From positions 9,300,001 to 9,364,000 of the forward strand of contig JBHGNT010000015.1 in NCBI GenBank assembly GCA_043228905.1: 64,000 nt of DNA. Reading direction: 5' to 3'. The notes under the pieces were generated by a model, which saw only the letters and a program-made list of their open reading frames with translations, did no database searches and was not told the DNA's origin. The translations under genes were made by a program, and so were the position numbers. Shown piece after piece: positions 48,320 to 61,700 of this stretch; the stretch's first letter is position 1, and the number at the start of each line of letters is the position of its first letter. The DNA is from Azolla caroliniana. Its lineage: Eukaryota > Plantae > Polypodiophyta.

Positions 48320-51300
48320 TTACCGGCTTGCTTTCTCCTCCGTCTTGGTGGTTGCCGTTTCCGCACTGGTTCCCGATCCGGTGTCGGTCCTTTGCTCAAA
48401 TGGGTTCTTGGGCATCGGTCCTCTATATGGCTTCAATCTGAATCCGTTGACCCATTTGCCTAGCACTTCGCCGGCAAGTGTCCCTAATTGGTAGGACCCA
48501 TTATACTCACGTGTCAGCCAATACGGGCCGGTCCATCTAAACCGTAGTTTACCCAGCATCTTGCCCATCCGGGTCTGAAATACTAACACCGGCTTGCCGA
48601 TTTCGAACATTTTTTTATTTCCTTTCCTGTGACTGTCGACAAATGCTTTCTATCACCGTTGTTCCAATTCTAAGTGCATGATGCTTGCCAGTCATTGTTC
48701 CCCGAGTTCACATAGCGTTGTTAACCGTATTGCCTCCGACTCCTTCTCGTTCAGCCGTTCCCGTAGCTGAATCCGTAAGCTTGGTACTTGGAATTCCACC
48801 GGCATGGCCGCCTCTAGTCCGAACGTGTTCAGATGCTCGTTTTGTATGTTGTCTGGTATGCCAAAAGCGTGCTATGTAGCTTGGTATCCCAATCTGTTCG
48901 GTTTTCGTTGACGATCTTCCGGAGGATATTCTGGAGTGTTTTGTTCGTCGACTCAACTAACCCGTTTGCTTGCGGATAGTACGGTGTGCTCCGTTTATGG
49001 ACAACGGCATAGAATGTCGTCAGGCTTTCAACTACTTGGCCGAGAAAGTGCCCCCCTTGGTCGCTTATTAATTCGATTGGGCATCCGTAACAGCACCAGA
49101 TGTATTCGTATAGAAATTTTGTCGTTGACGCAGCGGTGTTGTCTCTTAAGGCTTTGGCCTCCACCCATTTCGTGCAGTAATCCGTTGCGACGATGACGTA
49201 CCGATTACCTGTTCTCATTGCCGGTGGTTTGAACGGTCCAACAAAGTCCAGCCCCCACTTCTGGAATGGTTCGAGTGGTAGTACAGGCTAGTGTGGCATC
49301 CGAGCTTGCTCCGTTGGCTGGCCCATTGGCTGGCATAGGTCACATTCTTTTGCGTACCGTACAACATCTCTTAATGTAGTTGGCCACCATAGGCCACTTT
49401 GCCATATTTTCTTGGCCGTCGCATCTCCGGCATAGTGACCTCCGGCAACTCCGCAGTGGGCTTCCCTCAGTATGAGGTCCTTTTCATCGCTGCACACAGC
49501 CCGTCTCCATATGCCGTCCGCGCCCTTGTGGTAAAGTGTGTCTCGCAGTAAGCAGAAATGTCGGCTTTGCACCGCCAGGCGTTTCCTTTCGTCCCGGTTC
49601 ATCTCCTCCGGAGGCAGTCCTGTGCTCAGAAACTGGTGCATATTTGTGAGCCACTTGTCTTCCTCTGCCACCGTCTCATCTGATGTCGTTTCCGTAGTGA
49701 CTCGAAACAGCTCCGCATCCGGAAACTCATCCGCTACTCCGTCGCCCGTCCCCCCGGACTCTAGTCGGCTTAAATAATCCGCTACGGCATGCTGTATACC
49801 GGGTCGGTGGAATATTTCGAACTCGAATTCCTGTAACAGTAAGGTCCACTGGGCCAACTTACCGGTGACTGACGCCTTGGACACCAGGTAGAGGAGTGCC
49901 GAATGATCTACATGGAAGGAAAACTTCCTTCCCAATAAATAATGCCGAAACTCTGTCACACTGTAGATCATCCCTAGAGCTTCCCGTTCCGTGGTAGAGC
50001 AGTTCCGTTCCGCTTGGGATAGCTTTCGGCTGGCATAGTACACTGGCCGGTACCACTTTGGCTCCGTAAGCTACATCAGTGCGCTTCCGATTGTGATGTC
50101 GGAGGCGTCCACGAACACATGAAATTCTTTACTCCAATCCGGAGGCTGCACTACCGGTGCTTGCGACAATAGTACCTTGAGGGCCCTATATGCCCTATCC
50201 TCGGTGTCGGTCCACTGGAATGGTGTTCGATGTACCGCGGCATGCAACGGTGTAGCCAGGTCGGGCAAGTATCGAAGCATCCGGCTGTGCCACCGGATCT
50301 GGCCTAAGAACTAGCTCAATGCCTTTGCCGTTGCCGGTGCCGGTGCTTCTAATATGGCTTTCACTTTGTCCGGGTCGACTGCAATGCCTTCCTTGCTCAC
50401 AATATGTCCTAGTAGGGTTCCACTGGACACGCCAAATACACACTTCGCCGGATTCAAGCTTAGCCGGTATGCTCTACACTTTTCTAGACAAAGACGGAGG
50501 TGCTGCAAATGATCCTCTTCCCGGCTATACACGGCAAAATCGTCAAGGAAAACCTGCATAAAAGCCGGTATATATTCACCAAAGATTTCCATGATGATTC
50601 GTTGGAATGTTGCCGGTGCGGTTTTGAGTCCGAACATCATCACCACGGCCACAAACACCCCCCATTCGGTGACGAAAGCCATTTTCTCTTGGTCGTCGGG
50701 GTGCATCTGGATCTGATTATACCCACTGAATCCGTCTAGAAAGCTATAGACCTCATGGCTGGCGACGGCATCCAACACTCCATCTGTGAACGGAAGTGGA
50801 AACGCATCCGTTACCGTACCCGCATTGAGTTTCCGGTAGTCCACACAAACTCGAATTTTTCCGTTCTTCTTCGGTACGACTACGATCGGGCTCAGCCATG
50901 TCGCTTTCTTTACCAGACGGATAAAGCCAACTCTTAGCAGTTTGTCGATTTCCTCCTTGACTTTGGCGGCATAATTGGGATTCATCCGATACCGTCTTTG
51001 TGCCACTGGTTTTGCGTCCTTGCTCAAGTGAATCTGATGCTGGTATAACTGAGGGTCGAGCCCTCGCATGTCTTCGTATGACCAGGCAAACACGTCGCGA
51101 AATTCCGTGAGAAGTGTGATCATCGTCGTTTTGTCTTCGGACCTCATCTCCTTGGCGATGTGCACCGGTTTTGCTTCGTCCGTGGTCCCTAGGTTCACCT
51201 CTTCAAGTTGCGATGCTTTTACGCGCTGTGAAACGGCCATTTCCCGTTCCAACACTTCCTGCGCTTGCCGTAACTCTCGGATTGCGTCCTTATCCGGTTC

Positions 51301-54025
51301 TGCTTCAGTCTCTTCCGGCTGCGGTAAGTATGGTGCTACTGCTTCGGCAATGTCAATTTCGAAGAGGGGTACGATCTTCGGGTTTTCCTGCAAGTACTGA
51401 GCTTCTTCTTCGTCAGCTAACCCCTCTAGCATGTTGACGCACTCTGCATACAACGGTGTACATTCCTTGCCAGTGCTTGTCCTTGGTTGTGTTGGTACAC
51501 GTACCTTGGCTTTTCCTCGCCGGAAGGTAATTATATTTTTCCTCCAAATCTGTTTGATATGTGTTGTTTTCAACCATGGCCGCCCCAGAAATAACGGGTA
51601 CGCGCCTTGTGCTTGTAATTGTAGCACTACTGCCGAGATGTGAAATGTATGACCGCCAACGGTGACTTCTAATTTTCGTATTAATCCTGTCGGCCGCACT
51701 GAGCTTGTATCGGCCATCCGTAACCAGAACGGACACGGCTCCCACTCGTGGATTCCCAGGGCATCACACGTCCGGAGGCTTATTACATTCACACCAGAGC
51801 CTCCGTCTATTATTGTGCCGGGGAGTTCTTTCCCTTTTACAATGGCAGTAATTACCGAACTGTTGGTGTCCACCACCGTTGGTCCCTCCTCCGGATTCGA
51901 GAAGAGTATCAGTGCCGGTGATGATTCTCCTTCCGTCATGGCTGTCTTCAGTGCTTTCATGAATCTCGGCACGTGCTGTAGGAGTCTTCCTAGTGGTAGC
52001 GTAATCTGGCATTCTTGCAACGCTTGCCATGTCTCATTCTCGGAGTGACTGCCACCGGCAAGCCCTACAGTGTTCTCCTTTTGCCGCTCTAAGTCTGTTA
52101 TGTTTTGCTCGTTTGCTTTCTTCACCCATTCCGTCGCTTGCTTCCGAATGGTCTCCTACGTCTCCTATTCCTTGGCCATGCCCTTCGACCTTGTGGTCAC
52201 TTGCTGCAGATCTGCCACTTCAGGGACTACCATATTTACTGCCGGTCATTTTTCATAGCTCTTCTCCGGGCATTGATTACTATGATGGCCTTCCTGTCGG
52301 CAGTAGTAGCAGTAGGCTTTCCGGGTATTGCTGGATTCGGCATTGTTTGTTGTACCTGGGGCAGGTCCTGTGGTAAGCGCGGGGTTTTGGGCCGGTTGGC
52401 TGCTTGAAGCTCCTTGTTCCGGATCCCGTGGGTGGCCACCTTTTTTTAAATGCCGTTTTTTGTTATAGTTCTTCTTATTGCGGTACTCTTGACGAGGTTG
52501 GTCGTTATATCTGCCGTATTCCTCCCGTTGATGACGATACTCGGGGGAGTGTTCCCGGTCGTAATGTTCGTATTGTTTATTGTAATCCCGATACCGATCA
52601 TATCTATCGTACCGGTCGTTGTTATCCCGCCGATCACCATAGCGGACATCATTCTCCCGTCGATCACCATACCGGACATCTTGTGCCGGTCGGTCACGGT
52701 CCATTCGCCGCCAGCGTTCCTCTTCTTCATCCCGGCTGCTGTGTGGCTCTATTTGTCGGACGGGCGGTGTTTGCCGGTTCAATAGATTATACTCGCACCT
52801 ATCCGTCGTATGGCCCTTGGATTGACAGATTACACATTGCGTCCTCATAGTGCATTCTAGTGCCGAGTGTCCGGAATTCAAGCAGGTTCTGCACTGTATT
52901 GCTTGCCGAAACCGGAGGTCTTCATCGGACGGTAACGCCCGTTGGAGTGCTCCCAATGTGAGCCAGGAGCTTGTCTTTTCCATCTCTCTCACCCGGTCAA
53001 TGACCTGGTCGATGGTACTTGCGCGGAAGTCAATTACCGTGCAAACCGTGCGTAGGGGTTCCCGGAGCGCATTTAGGAATATAGTCCGTAATTCCTCCTC
53101 CGGGGGTGCGCGGGCAAGCTGACTATGCATCCGTTGAAACCGGATGACAAACTGGGGAATGCGCCTCCTGTCGGATGGTATAAAACAAGCCCACCATTAC
53201 TCTCTGGTCCACCTCCTTGTGGAAAAAATGCAAGAATTTAGCTTTTAAATCTGCGAAGGTGGTGATGGTAGACGGGTCCTGTGTGCGGTGCCATCTTGTT
53301 GCCGGTCCCTCCAATGTGACGCCAAATTCCACTATCTTAGAGCGTTCCTCTTCCTCCGGGGTCAATTGCTGGGACACATGGTTTTCTTCCCATGTCTGTT
53401 CAAAGGTGTGAACATGAGCTTCCGCGTCCAGATCATCTCTATACTTGGAGTACTGGAACGGCATGTCGTCGTCCGGTATTGGTGCGCGGGCTGGTGGTGT
53501 TGGTGGTCGTTCCTGGTTTTTCTCCGGCATCGGTGGTCGTTCCTCTTCTTTTGGTGATGGAGGCCTCTCCTCCTCGACTTCCGGTGTCGGAGGTCGCTCT
53601 TCCTCTGCTTCTGGTTCCAGAGGTTCCAGCCTTAGCACTTCCGGTTCCGGTGTTGGTCAGGTGTCCGATCCTTTGTCCTCCGGTCCGCCCGGGGTTTCGT
53701 TGCTGGTACGGTAGTTCGTGTGCACGCTGTATCCCCCTTCGGAATCTGATTCATACGCTGAAAAGGCTTCTGCTTCGCCTTCTCCGCTTGCCAACGCCTA
53801 GAGAAGGGATTCGGTTTCCCGGAGGCTGCTTAGGCTGTTGCCGTCGTCCGGGTGCGATGTTTGTTGTAACCAGAGGGACTCCTTCGCTACTCTCCGGATT
53901 ACGTTGGAAAACGAGCGATCCGCTCTAATTTCCTGCGCCGCTTGCTGGAAAGCCTCACGTCTCCTTTGCCTTTCGGCAAGGCGTCGAGTTCGATCTACAA
54001 CCAGGTCGTGCGTTTATCTAGTCAT
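48320..54025 (-). pseudogene. gag-pol: Athila-like gag-pol
   Basis: ORFs 53123-53638, 52246-53130, 50311-52125, 50071-50280, 49288-50043, 48829-49218 and 48320-48610. Confidence 0.93.
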
Positions 54026-54060
54026 CCATTCATGCCGTCGTTCGCTGCAAAAACAAGAAT

Positions 54061-54071
54061 CGTGGTCGCCA
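54061..54071 (-). promoter_or_regulatory. Sense PBS, probably tRNA-Arg
   Basis: LTR end, then CAGTTTT, then TGGCGACCACG on the minus strand. Confidence 0.72.
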
Positions 54072-55938
54072 AAAACTGTGTTAACTCTTAGGGCCGGACA
54101 ATAGCCTAACACAGGGTGTCTACGGAAGACACTTCACCAAAGGGGTGTTACGGCAAGAGGATTAGGCCCAACGATTAATCCGCCTTAATTAGGTTACTTA
54201 GCAAGATCGTCCTTAATAATCACACACGTAAGATATAACGATGAATGCAAAACAGCAATTAACACAGAGAGATAAAAACACTAAGCTCCATTAATTATCT
54301 GCTGAACATTACATTGCATCCGGGCCTTTAAATAGGTTTCCGGTTTGTAGTACAAAACGGTGCCATCCGCACCTATTCAGGATCGGTCCGGATCCGGAAC
54401 GGCATACCGATTCTAATCCGTCCGTCCACACTAATAGCTCACTTACAACCATTCCTTAATAACTAAATAACTCCTTCGTTTCACACTCTGGACTCCTTTG
54501 CCGGTCGGTAACACTTACTAGGAGTTGTAGCGACAGAAGACCTAGAGTTAGAACAGTTGGATGTAAAGACAGCATTCCTACATGGAGATATGGATGAAGA
54601 CGAGGGAGGATAGTCACCTCGTATGTTGGTTAAAGAAAAGTTTGTATGGCTTGAAACAAGCACCGAGGATGTGGTACCAAAAGTTTGACTCCTACATCAG
54701 GCAGCTTGGATACCGTAGATTTGACTCTGACTCATGTATGTACACTCGACAACTGGCCGACGAATCTAGGATATATCTGATCCTACACGTTGACAACATG
54801 CTGATTTCAGGAAGCAATCAAGTAGAGATCGGAAAGCTGAAGCGGAGCCTTCACGACAAGTTCACGATGAAAGAACTTGGACAAGCCCCTCACATACTGG
54901 GTGGTATGAGGATCGAGCGAAATCGGATAACCAAGACTCTCCTACTCTCCAATCCGACTATATCTGGAAGGTGTTCAAGCGCTTCAATATGGAGAATGCG
55001 AAGCTAGCAACAAGATCGCTTCCGATGTCGATCAGACTATCGGACAGAGACTCTCCTTCAATGGACAAGGAGAGAGAGCTTAATGGAAAGATGCCCTATG
55101 CATGGGCCATAAGAAGTATCATGTACGCAATGGTGGCGACCCGACCAGACCTAGCCTATGTCGTAGGAGTGGTCAGCCGATACATGTCAAACCTAGGACG
55201 AAAGCATGGGAGGCTGCCAAGCACATCCTCAGGTATCTGAAGGAAACATGGATGCACAACTGACTTTCGGACTGACAACCTAGGCCAAAGTCGAAGGCTA
55301 CACCGATTTCATGGACAATCGGGAATCGACAATCGACAATTGACATCAGATTACATCTTCACATATGGTGGCGATGCGATATCATGGAGGTCGAAATTCA
55401 AGAGTGCACGACTCTGTCGACCAAAGAAGCCAAGTACATAGCAGCATCGGACGTAGCAAAGGAAGTGACATGGCTTCATCGACTGTCTCTGACATCTCAG
55501 CTATAAGCCAAACCAACCGACCAACGCCGACCGTCTATTGCAACTCACAGATCGCAATTCACCTTATTAACAATCCCGTCTATCATGCAAAGACGAAGCC
55601 CATTGAGGTATGGTATCATCACATCTGGGAGCTCACAATCAAGAAGAAGTTCGAAGTTCGGAAGATTGACACCGAGGTTAACATTGCCGATTGCCTGACA
55701 AAGCCACTCCCAGATCAACGCTTTGGAGCACTAAGGAAGTAGATGGGACTACGACAAGCAACCGAGGGAAGAAAGTCGAATGAGCCATGCTAGGCTCGAC
55801 ACGGACCTACGCCGACTCAACTATATGCCGACCGACTTGTAACATAAATCTAGATTACTGTTGTAATCTAAGTTTACGGGGGAGACAACCCCAAACACAC
55901 GTACATGTAGGAAAGAGTAGTCCTTTTACGGGGGAGTT

Positions 55939-56218
55939 TGTTGGCATTAAAGGCCGACTCCTTCCACTTTGTATCCTATTGTGAACTCGTTCACATAGTT
56001 AGGGCTTAGTATATATAAGCAATAACCTAACATTGTAAAGTGATGATCTTCTTGATCAAAATATCATATATCAAGTCGTTGGGAGAGAGATATAGAGAAC
56101 GTAATAGAGCTTCCATTAAAGCTTCAATCTGTGTATATCTTTGCTTCTCTTTTTGTGTTGTTTTCTAAGTACGAATTGAGGCAGATCCTCATATGTTTCC
56201 GCATACACTTAGCCTTCA
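55939..56218 (+). repeat. 3' LTR of copia B
   Basis: TGTTGGC...CCTTCA after the PPT. Matches 8396-8586. Confidence 0.9.
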
Positions 56219-57952
56219 ATTCCGGCTAAGTGGGCGGAATGAGGAACTGAGTCGGCATGACTAGTCAGACGTAGAGCCCCGTGCAATCCCCGCACAGGAA
56301 GCCGAGGAGACGGTTTATGTGCAAAGAGAAGGGAAAGAAGAAGGTGTCGGAGCACGACACTCATAAAGATGGGTTGGATCGAAGCGAATCTGACTCAGAG
56401 AAGAACGAAGACAAACCTTCGGAAACGAAGTTCACATCGACCAAGAGGGCCTCAAAATCGGCTAATGAGCAATTACGTCGATCCACCCATGAGAAGAACC
56501 CCGTGGTGCAGTTTGGATACAACGAGTACATGGCGCATCATTACGCGTACATGACGCGAGTGGCGGAAGTGCATCAGCTGGAAAGCTACGCAAAACCAGC
56601 GAAAGATGCAACTTGGCTTGCCACAATGGAGGACAAGATGCACACATTAGTGGAAAATGAATCCTGAGACCTGGTTGATGCCCTGAAGGGTGTAAACCGA
56701 TTGGATACAAATGGGTATAAAAGGTCAAGTACAACATCGATGGCTCAGTCAATCGCTACAAGGACCGGTTAGTGGCGAAGGGATACACACATCAACACAA
56801 CATCGACTACGATGACACCTTTGCATCTATCGCGAAGATGACAACCGTCCATGTCCTACTTGGGGTAGCCGCGGTAAAGGGGTGGCATTTACATCAGATG
56901 GATGTAAAGAATGTGGAACAGGTGTACATGGTACAACTCCCCAGATTTCTGTTTCGAAAGAACACCTCTGTGGTATGCCAACTGAAGAAGTCGCTTTACA
57001 AACTAAAACAAGCCCCACACACGTGGAACGCGAAGATCACGCATCGCCTGCATCGGATGGGGTTTGTGATGTCCAAATCGGACTCTTCATTGTTCGTACA
57101 GCAAGGTCGATGTGGACCGATTAGTATTTTTCTTTATGTTGATGATTTAGTCATCGCTAGCGCCGACCTAAAAGAAATCGGCCGCATATAGTCATTCGAT
57201 GTGAAGGACCTAGGGGACCTTCATTACTTCCTAGGGATCGAAGTGAACCACACCCCTGAAGGCATACTGATCAGCCAACGACATTACGTGTTGGGTATGC
57301 TCTTCAAGTTCTGGATGGCTGACTGTAAATCCATCTCAACTCCTGTGGACAGAAACGTCAAGCTTCGCCAAGATTCGGGAAAGGTGTGCAACCCGACATG
57401 GTTCCAACAGATTGTTGGAAGCCTAATTTATTTGACGATCACTCGGTTGGATCTCAGTTACCCGATCGACCTGATCAGTCAATTTATGTCGCAGCCCATA
57501 GTCGAACACCTTCAGTGCGCACAAAGGATATTGCACTATGTCTGTGGCGCTAAGGATAGGGCGCTACTATATTGGACCGATATTGCTGAACAACTCGTCA
57601 GCTACTCGGATTCTGATTGGGCGAAAATATCGGTGATCGTAGATCCACATCTGGGTTCGCTTTCTTGCTTCGGAGCACCGGGATCGCCTGCAGCATCAAG
57701 AAGCAGCCGACAATTGCACTGTCGAGCATGGAGGTTGAGTATCGAGGAGCGGCAATCGTGACATGCAAAGCCATTTGGCTCAAGAGGCTACTCAACGAAC
57801 TATTGCAACAACCTCAACAACATCTACCTTGCGAAAACCCCCGTCTTCCATTCCCAAACCAAGCACATTGAGGTGCACTACCATTTTGTTCGTGAGCGTG
57901 TCCTCTCCGGTGAAGTCGAACTAGCATATGTTCCGACGTATTGGCATGTTGC
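56219..57952 (+). mobile_element. Copia A-related RT-RNase H fragment, strongly decayed
   Basis: [55 protein letters not shown]. Confidence 0.9.
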
Positions 57953-58740
57953 TAATGAGTGTAGTTTGCGGAAAAGTGTGTGGATCTGTTGTCGGTTCTG
58001 AATAGCAAACAACGCAAACAAAAAACTAGAATGGGCGTGGACTTACATAGTGCATGCTCTAATGGAAAGCTTTATTGCTTCGTTCTCACTCTCTCATTAT
58101 GATACAATGCACAGACTCTTCGTCTCTTTGTTACTTGTCACTCTATACAATGTTAGGAATTCGCTTGTATACTAAGCCCTAACTTATTGACGAGTTCACA
58201 CCTGGACGGATACAACTTGGAAGGAGTCGGCCTTTTATGCCAACAAACTCCCCCGTAAAAGGGCTACTCTTTCTTGCATGTACAAGTATTTACGGTTATC
58301 TCCCTCGTAAGCCTAGATTACGAAATTGATCTAAGTTTATATGTTACAAGTCAGTCGGCATGAAGCCGAATCTGCACATGTATAGGTTGTGTCGTTATTG
58401 TTCCGATCACATCTTACCTTCTGCTCCTTGTTCGGCTTTCTTCTGCTCAGTCGGTTGTCGTAGCCCCATTTTCGTCCTTAGTGTTCCGAAGCATAGATCT
58501 AGGAGTGGCTTCGTTAGGCAATCGGCGATGTTCATCTCGGTGTCGATCTTCCGTACTTCAAGTTTCTTTTCGTTTACGAGCTCTTGGATGTAATGATACC
58601 GCACCTCAATGTGCTTCGTCTTCACATGAAAGAAGACATTGTTGATGAGGTGTATTGCGCTCCGTGAGTCGCAATAAATGGTCGGCGCCGGTCAGTTGTT
58701 TTGGCTTGCAATTCCGAAGTCGGTAGTTAGTCGGTGCAAC
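57953..58740 (-). mobile_element. 3' end of a copia B-related element (RNase H, PPT, LTR about 57953-58245)
   Basis: KTKHIEVRYHYI..IADCLTKPL. Plus-strand CAACAAACTCCCCCGTAA marks the LTR/PPT junction. Confidence 0.88.
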
Positions 58741-61700
58741 TGTTAATCCTAGAGGTCGGACAACAGCCTAACACAGGGTGTCCACTTAAGACACTTCACC
58801 AAAGGGGTGTTACGGCAGGATGACTTACGACACAATGTTTAATTAGACTTTAATTGGTTACTTAGCAATCCGTAATTAACACGCGTAAGATATAACAATG
58901 AATACAGAACGGTAATCAACGCTGGCAGATTAAGACAATAAGCTCTATTAATTATCCGCTCTCGATTACATTGTAACTAGGCCTTTATATAGGTCTCCGG
59001 TGCGAAATACAAAATGGTGCCAACCGGCACCTTTTTGGGATCGGTCCGGATCCAGATCGGCATACCGATTCCGGTCCGTCCGTCCACTTGTTCTCATATA
59101 TTAATATATATATTAAGACTACTAATTACAATAGTTCCCGAATAAACTATTCCTTTCACACTCTGGTTTGGACCTCCTTAAGCCTTCTTGCCAGCCGGTA
59201 ACACATGGCACGCCCGTGGGATAATACCTTATACGTCGAACCCATTATCCAGCCCTCTTATGCTTCGTCCAAAATGTCCAGAATGCTTTGCTCTAGAATT
59301 TCCAATGGCTCGTCGGGAATCTGTTGTTGCTGCTGTGGTTGCTGCTGTTGTGGCTGTTGTTCCGTGTGTGTCTGTGGCTGCTCCTTTTGTGCCTTCTCCG
59401 ATTGGGGCTACGGCTCCGTTTGTCGTTCTGGCACCGGCGTTTCCTTCGTTGGTTCCTCCGTCGGAGTTGTCTCTGGCTGACTGACCCCGGCCTGGTCCCC
59501 GTCTGGTCCTAGTACCGGCGATGGTTCCTCATCACTAAGGTTGACCGTTGCCGCCTTTCTCACTTTTTCTTCCCGAAGCCGGGACCGCTCATAGCTCTCA
59601 AATTGGATTTGAGCCTCCAGCCGATCGTCATCCAGTTGAGCTACGAGCTGCCAGACCTGTACCAATTGTTCATCCGCCAGGGCTGTGAAATCTTCGGCGA
59701 GCTCATCCCTTATGGTGGTGAAGTCCTCCGATGTCAGCGTATAACAGTCGTCACCCTCCTTCCGCCGGTTTTCTACGTCCGCCCTGAGCAATTGGAGTTC
59801 TACCGTATTCTGCGCCCATTTCGTCCACCAACGTATCGAGTTGTCGTCAATCAAGCTTTTGGTCTTAGTGAGCCATGACCGGAGGATGCATTGGATCCAT
59901 TCGGCTCCCATCCGTGATTTATTTTCTGCGGCTTGTCGATCCTCTTTCAATTGCTTGATGATTCGGATTGTGTCCGCCTCCTGCTCCCTATAATGCAACA
60001 ATTGACTTTGATAGGTTGTTTGCAACCTCTATAACACCATTGTCGCCCTTTCTTTTTCTTCATGGTTCTGCTTGTGGAGCTCCATCTGGTTCATCTCCGT
60101 TTCCTCCAATAGCTTGGAACTCTCAGCTCGTTCTTTGGCGAGTGCTGTTGTTGCCGGAGCTCGGCCATCCGTTCCTATTGTTGCTTATACTCTGTCTCCA
60201 GCTGCTTGTAGTCCCGATGCAGATGATCAGAATCATCGGTCTTATGCTTCAGCCTCTAGTTTATCTGTCGGCGCGCGCGGTCCTCCCGGTCCTTCTGTTG
60301 ATGGAGCTCTTCCTTCAGCCTCTCGATTTCTGTCTCCGCCATCCATCGCAACTTGTCTTTTTCCTGCAACAATTTCTCTTTTTCCTCCTTCAGCCGGTCG
60401 TAAGCATGATGTCCTTTACGCAGGTTTTCCTCTGCCCGGTAGAGGTTCTCAGCAGTCTTTTTTAATTCTTCTTCGGCCGCCTTCTTCAAGTCGCGTTTGC
60501 GGCTCCGTAATGCTTCTTGTGCGGCAAGTTCATCTAGTAATTCCGCAAGCTCTTGGGCTTGCGCGCATCTTTCTCCAGGACAGTTTCTGTCTCCGGGGTC
60601 TTATTCCTCTATACATCAACCGGAGTCACCGGTGCTTGGATCTGCATTGCGGTTAGGGCCATTTTGGCCATGTCCCTGTGATCCGATCCAAGTCTTGTTC
60701 GAGGCACCGGATCCTTGACCGGGACGTCTCCAGTTCATCGGTTGTGACGAGCAATCGTTCCGTTTGCGCTCTTTCCTCTGCCTCTATGCATCCGACTACT
60801 CTGGCAATTTGTTCTCCTATCCACCGGAGCCATTGGCTGCTGGTGCACTGTTGTTGCGCTTGCACAGAGGGTTGGCCAATGGGTTCACTCGCCGGTTGCT
60901 GGTTCCGCCTTACTACGTCGAGCTGCACTTCTGGTTGTGCCTGCTGACCACTTTGCCGTTCCGGCTCTAAGTGTGTTTTGGCTAGTCGCCCCCTGTCTGC
61001 TTGTTCTTGGCCGGCTGGGAAGATTGGCCTTTGTATATCCGGCTCTTGAGTTACGGTTTCCAGCCTTCCTTGTCGTCCTCTCCTCTTACTATATCAATAG
61101 CCATACACAGCCCGTCGGCGATCAGCACCGGTCAATCTACCTTGACCCCTTCGTATGTCGCGATAATCAAGCCTGCTCGGTTCTGAGGCATGACAAGGGG
61201 TCGAGGGTATACGTGGCCGAACTCATGGAGCACACGGGCAATTTCGCGGAATAACATATCTTCGCCGCCCTGTGTCCTGTAGCCCTTGCTGGCGAGAGAG
61301 TACTCACCGAAATATTTGATGAGTTGCTCAGAGGTAGGATTGTCAATCGTGTAGATGCCTCCCTCCGGAAGGCCTATTAACACACGGATCGCCTCCTCCG
61401 TGATCACCTCTATGTTGATTTCTTTGATAATCTTTTTGGCCTCCTTGTGTGGCGCCGCCTCCATGATCGTTAAGAAACCCTCCAGTCCGTGTTGCCGTAG
61501 CCATTTCTTGGCGGCTTCAGACAGTGTTTGGCAGTCCATCTCTGCGTTGAGGTTGGAGAGCATTGGCGAGGTTTGATGGTGGGGAGAGTGTGAGAGAGAA
61601 AGTTCTGAGTGAGGGGGTTCTCTGTGCGTGAGCTCTTTGCGATTGATCTTTACGCGTCTGTCTGCGTATGTTCTCCTTGGTTCGCAGTAGGAGAAGGTCT

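Larger units (their letters stand above)
44698..54513 (-). mobile_element. Full-length Athila-like Ty3/gypsy element with an extra 3' ORF and no PPT
   Basis: 435-bp LTRs at 44698-45132 and 54079-54513. Perfect TSD CTTAC. gag with CCHC motifs, protease IIDGGSGVN, RT PKKNGKIRVCVDYRKLN..VFLDDF, RNase H, integrase KWGLDFVGP. Confidence 0.96.
40493..56218 (+). mobile_element. 5'-truncated Ty1/copia family B with nested insertions and a 3' LTR
   Basis: [40 protein letters not shown], RNase H TKPIEVWYH..IADCLTKPL. PPT TTACGGGGGAG at 55926-55936. LTR 55939-56218. Confidence 0.9.
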
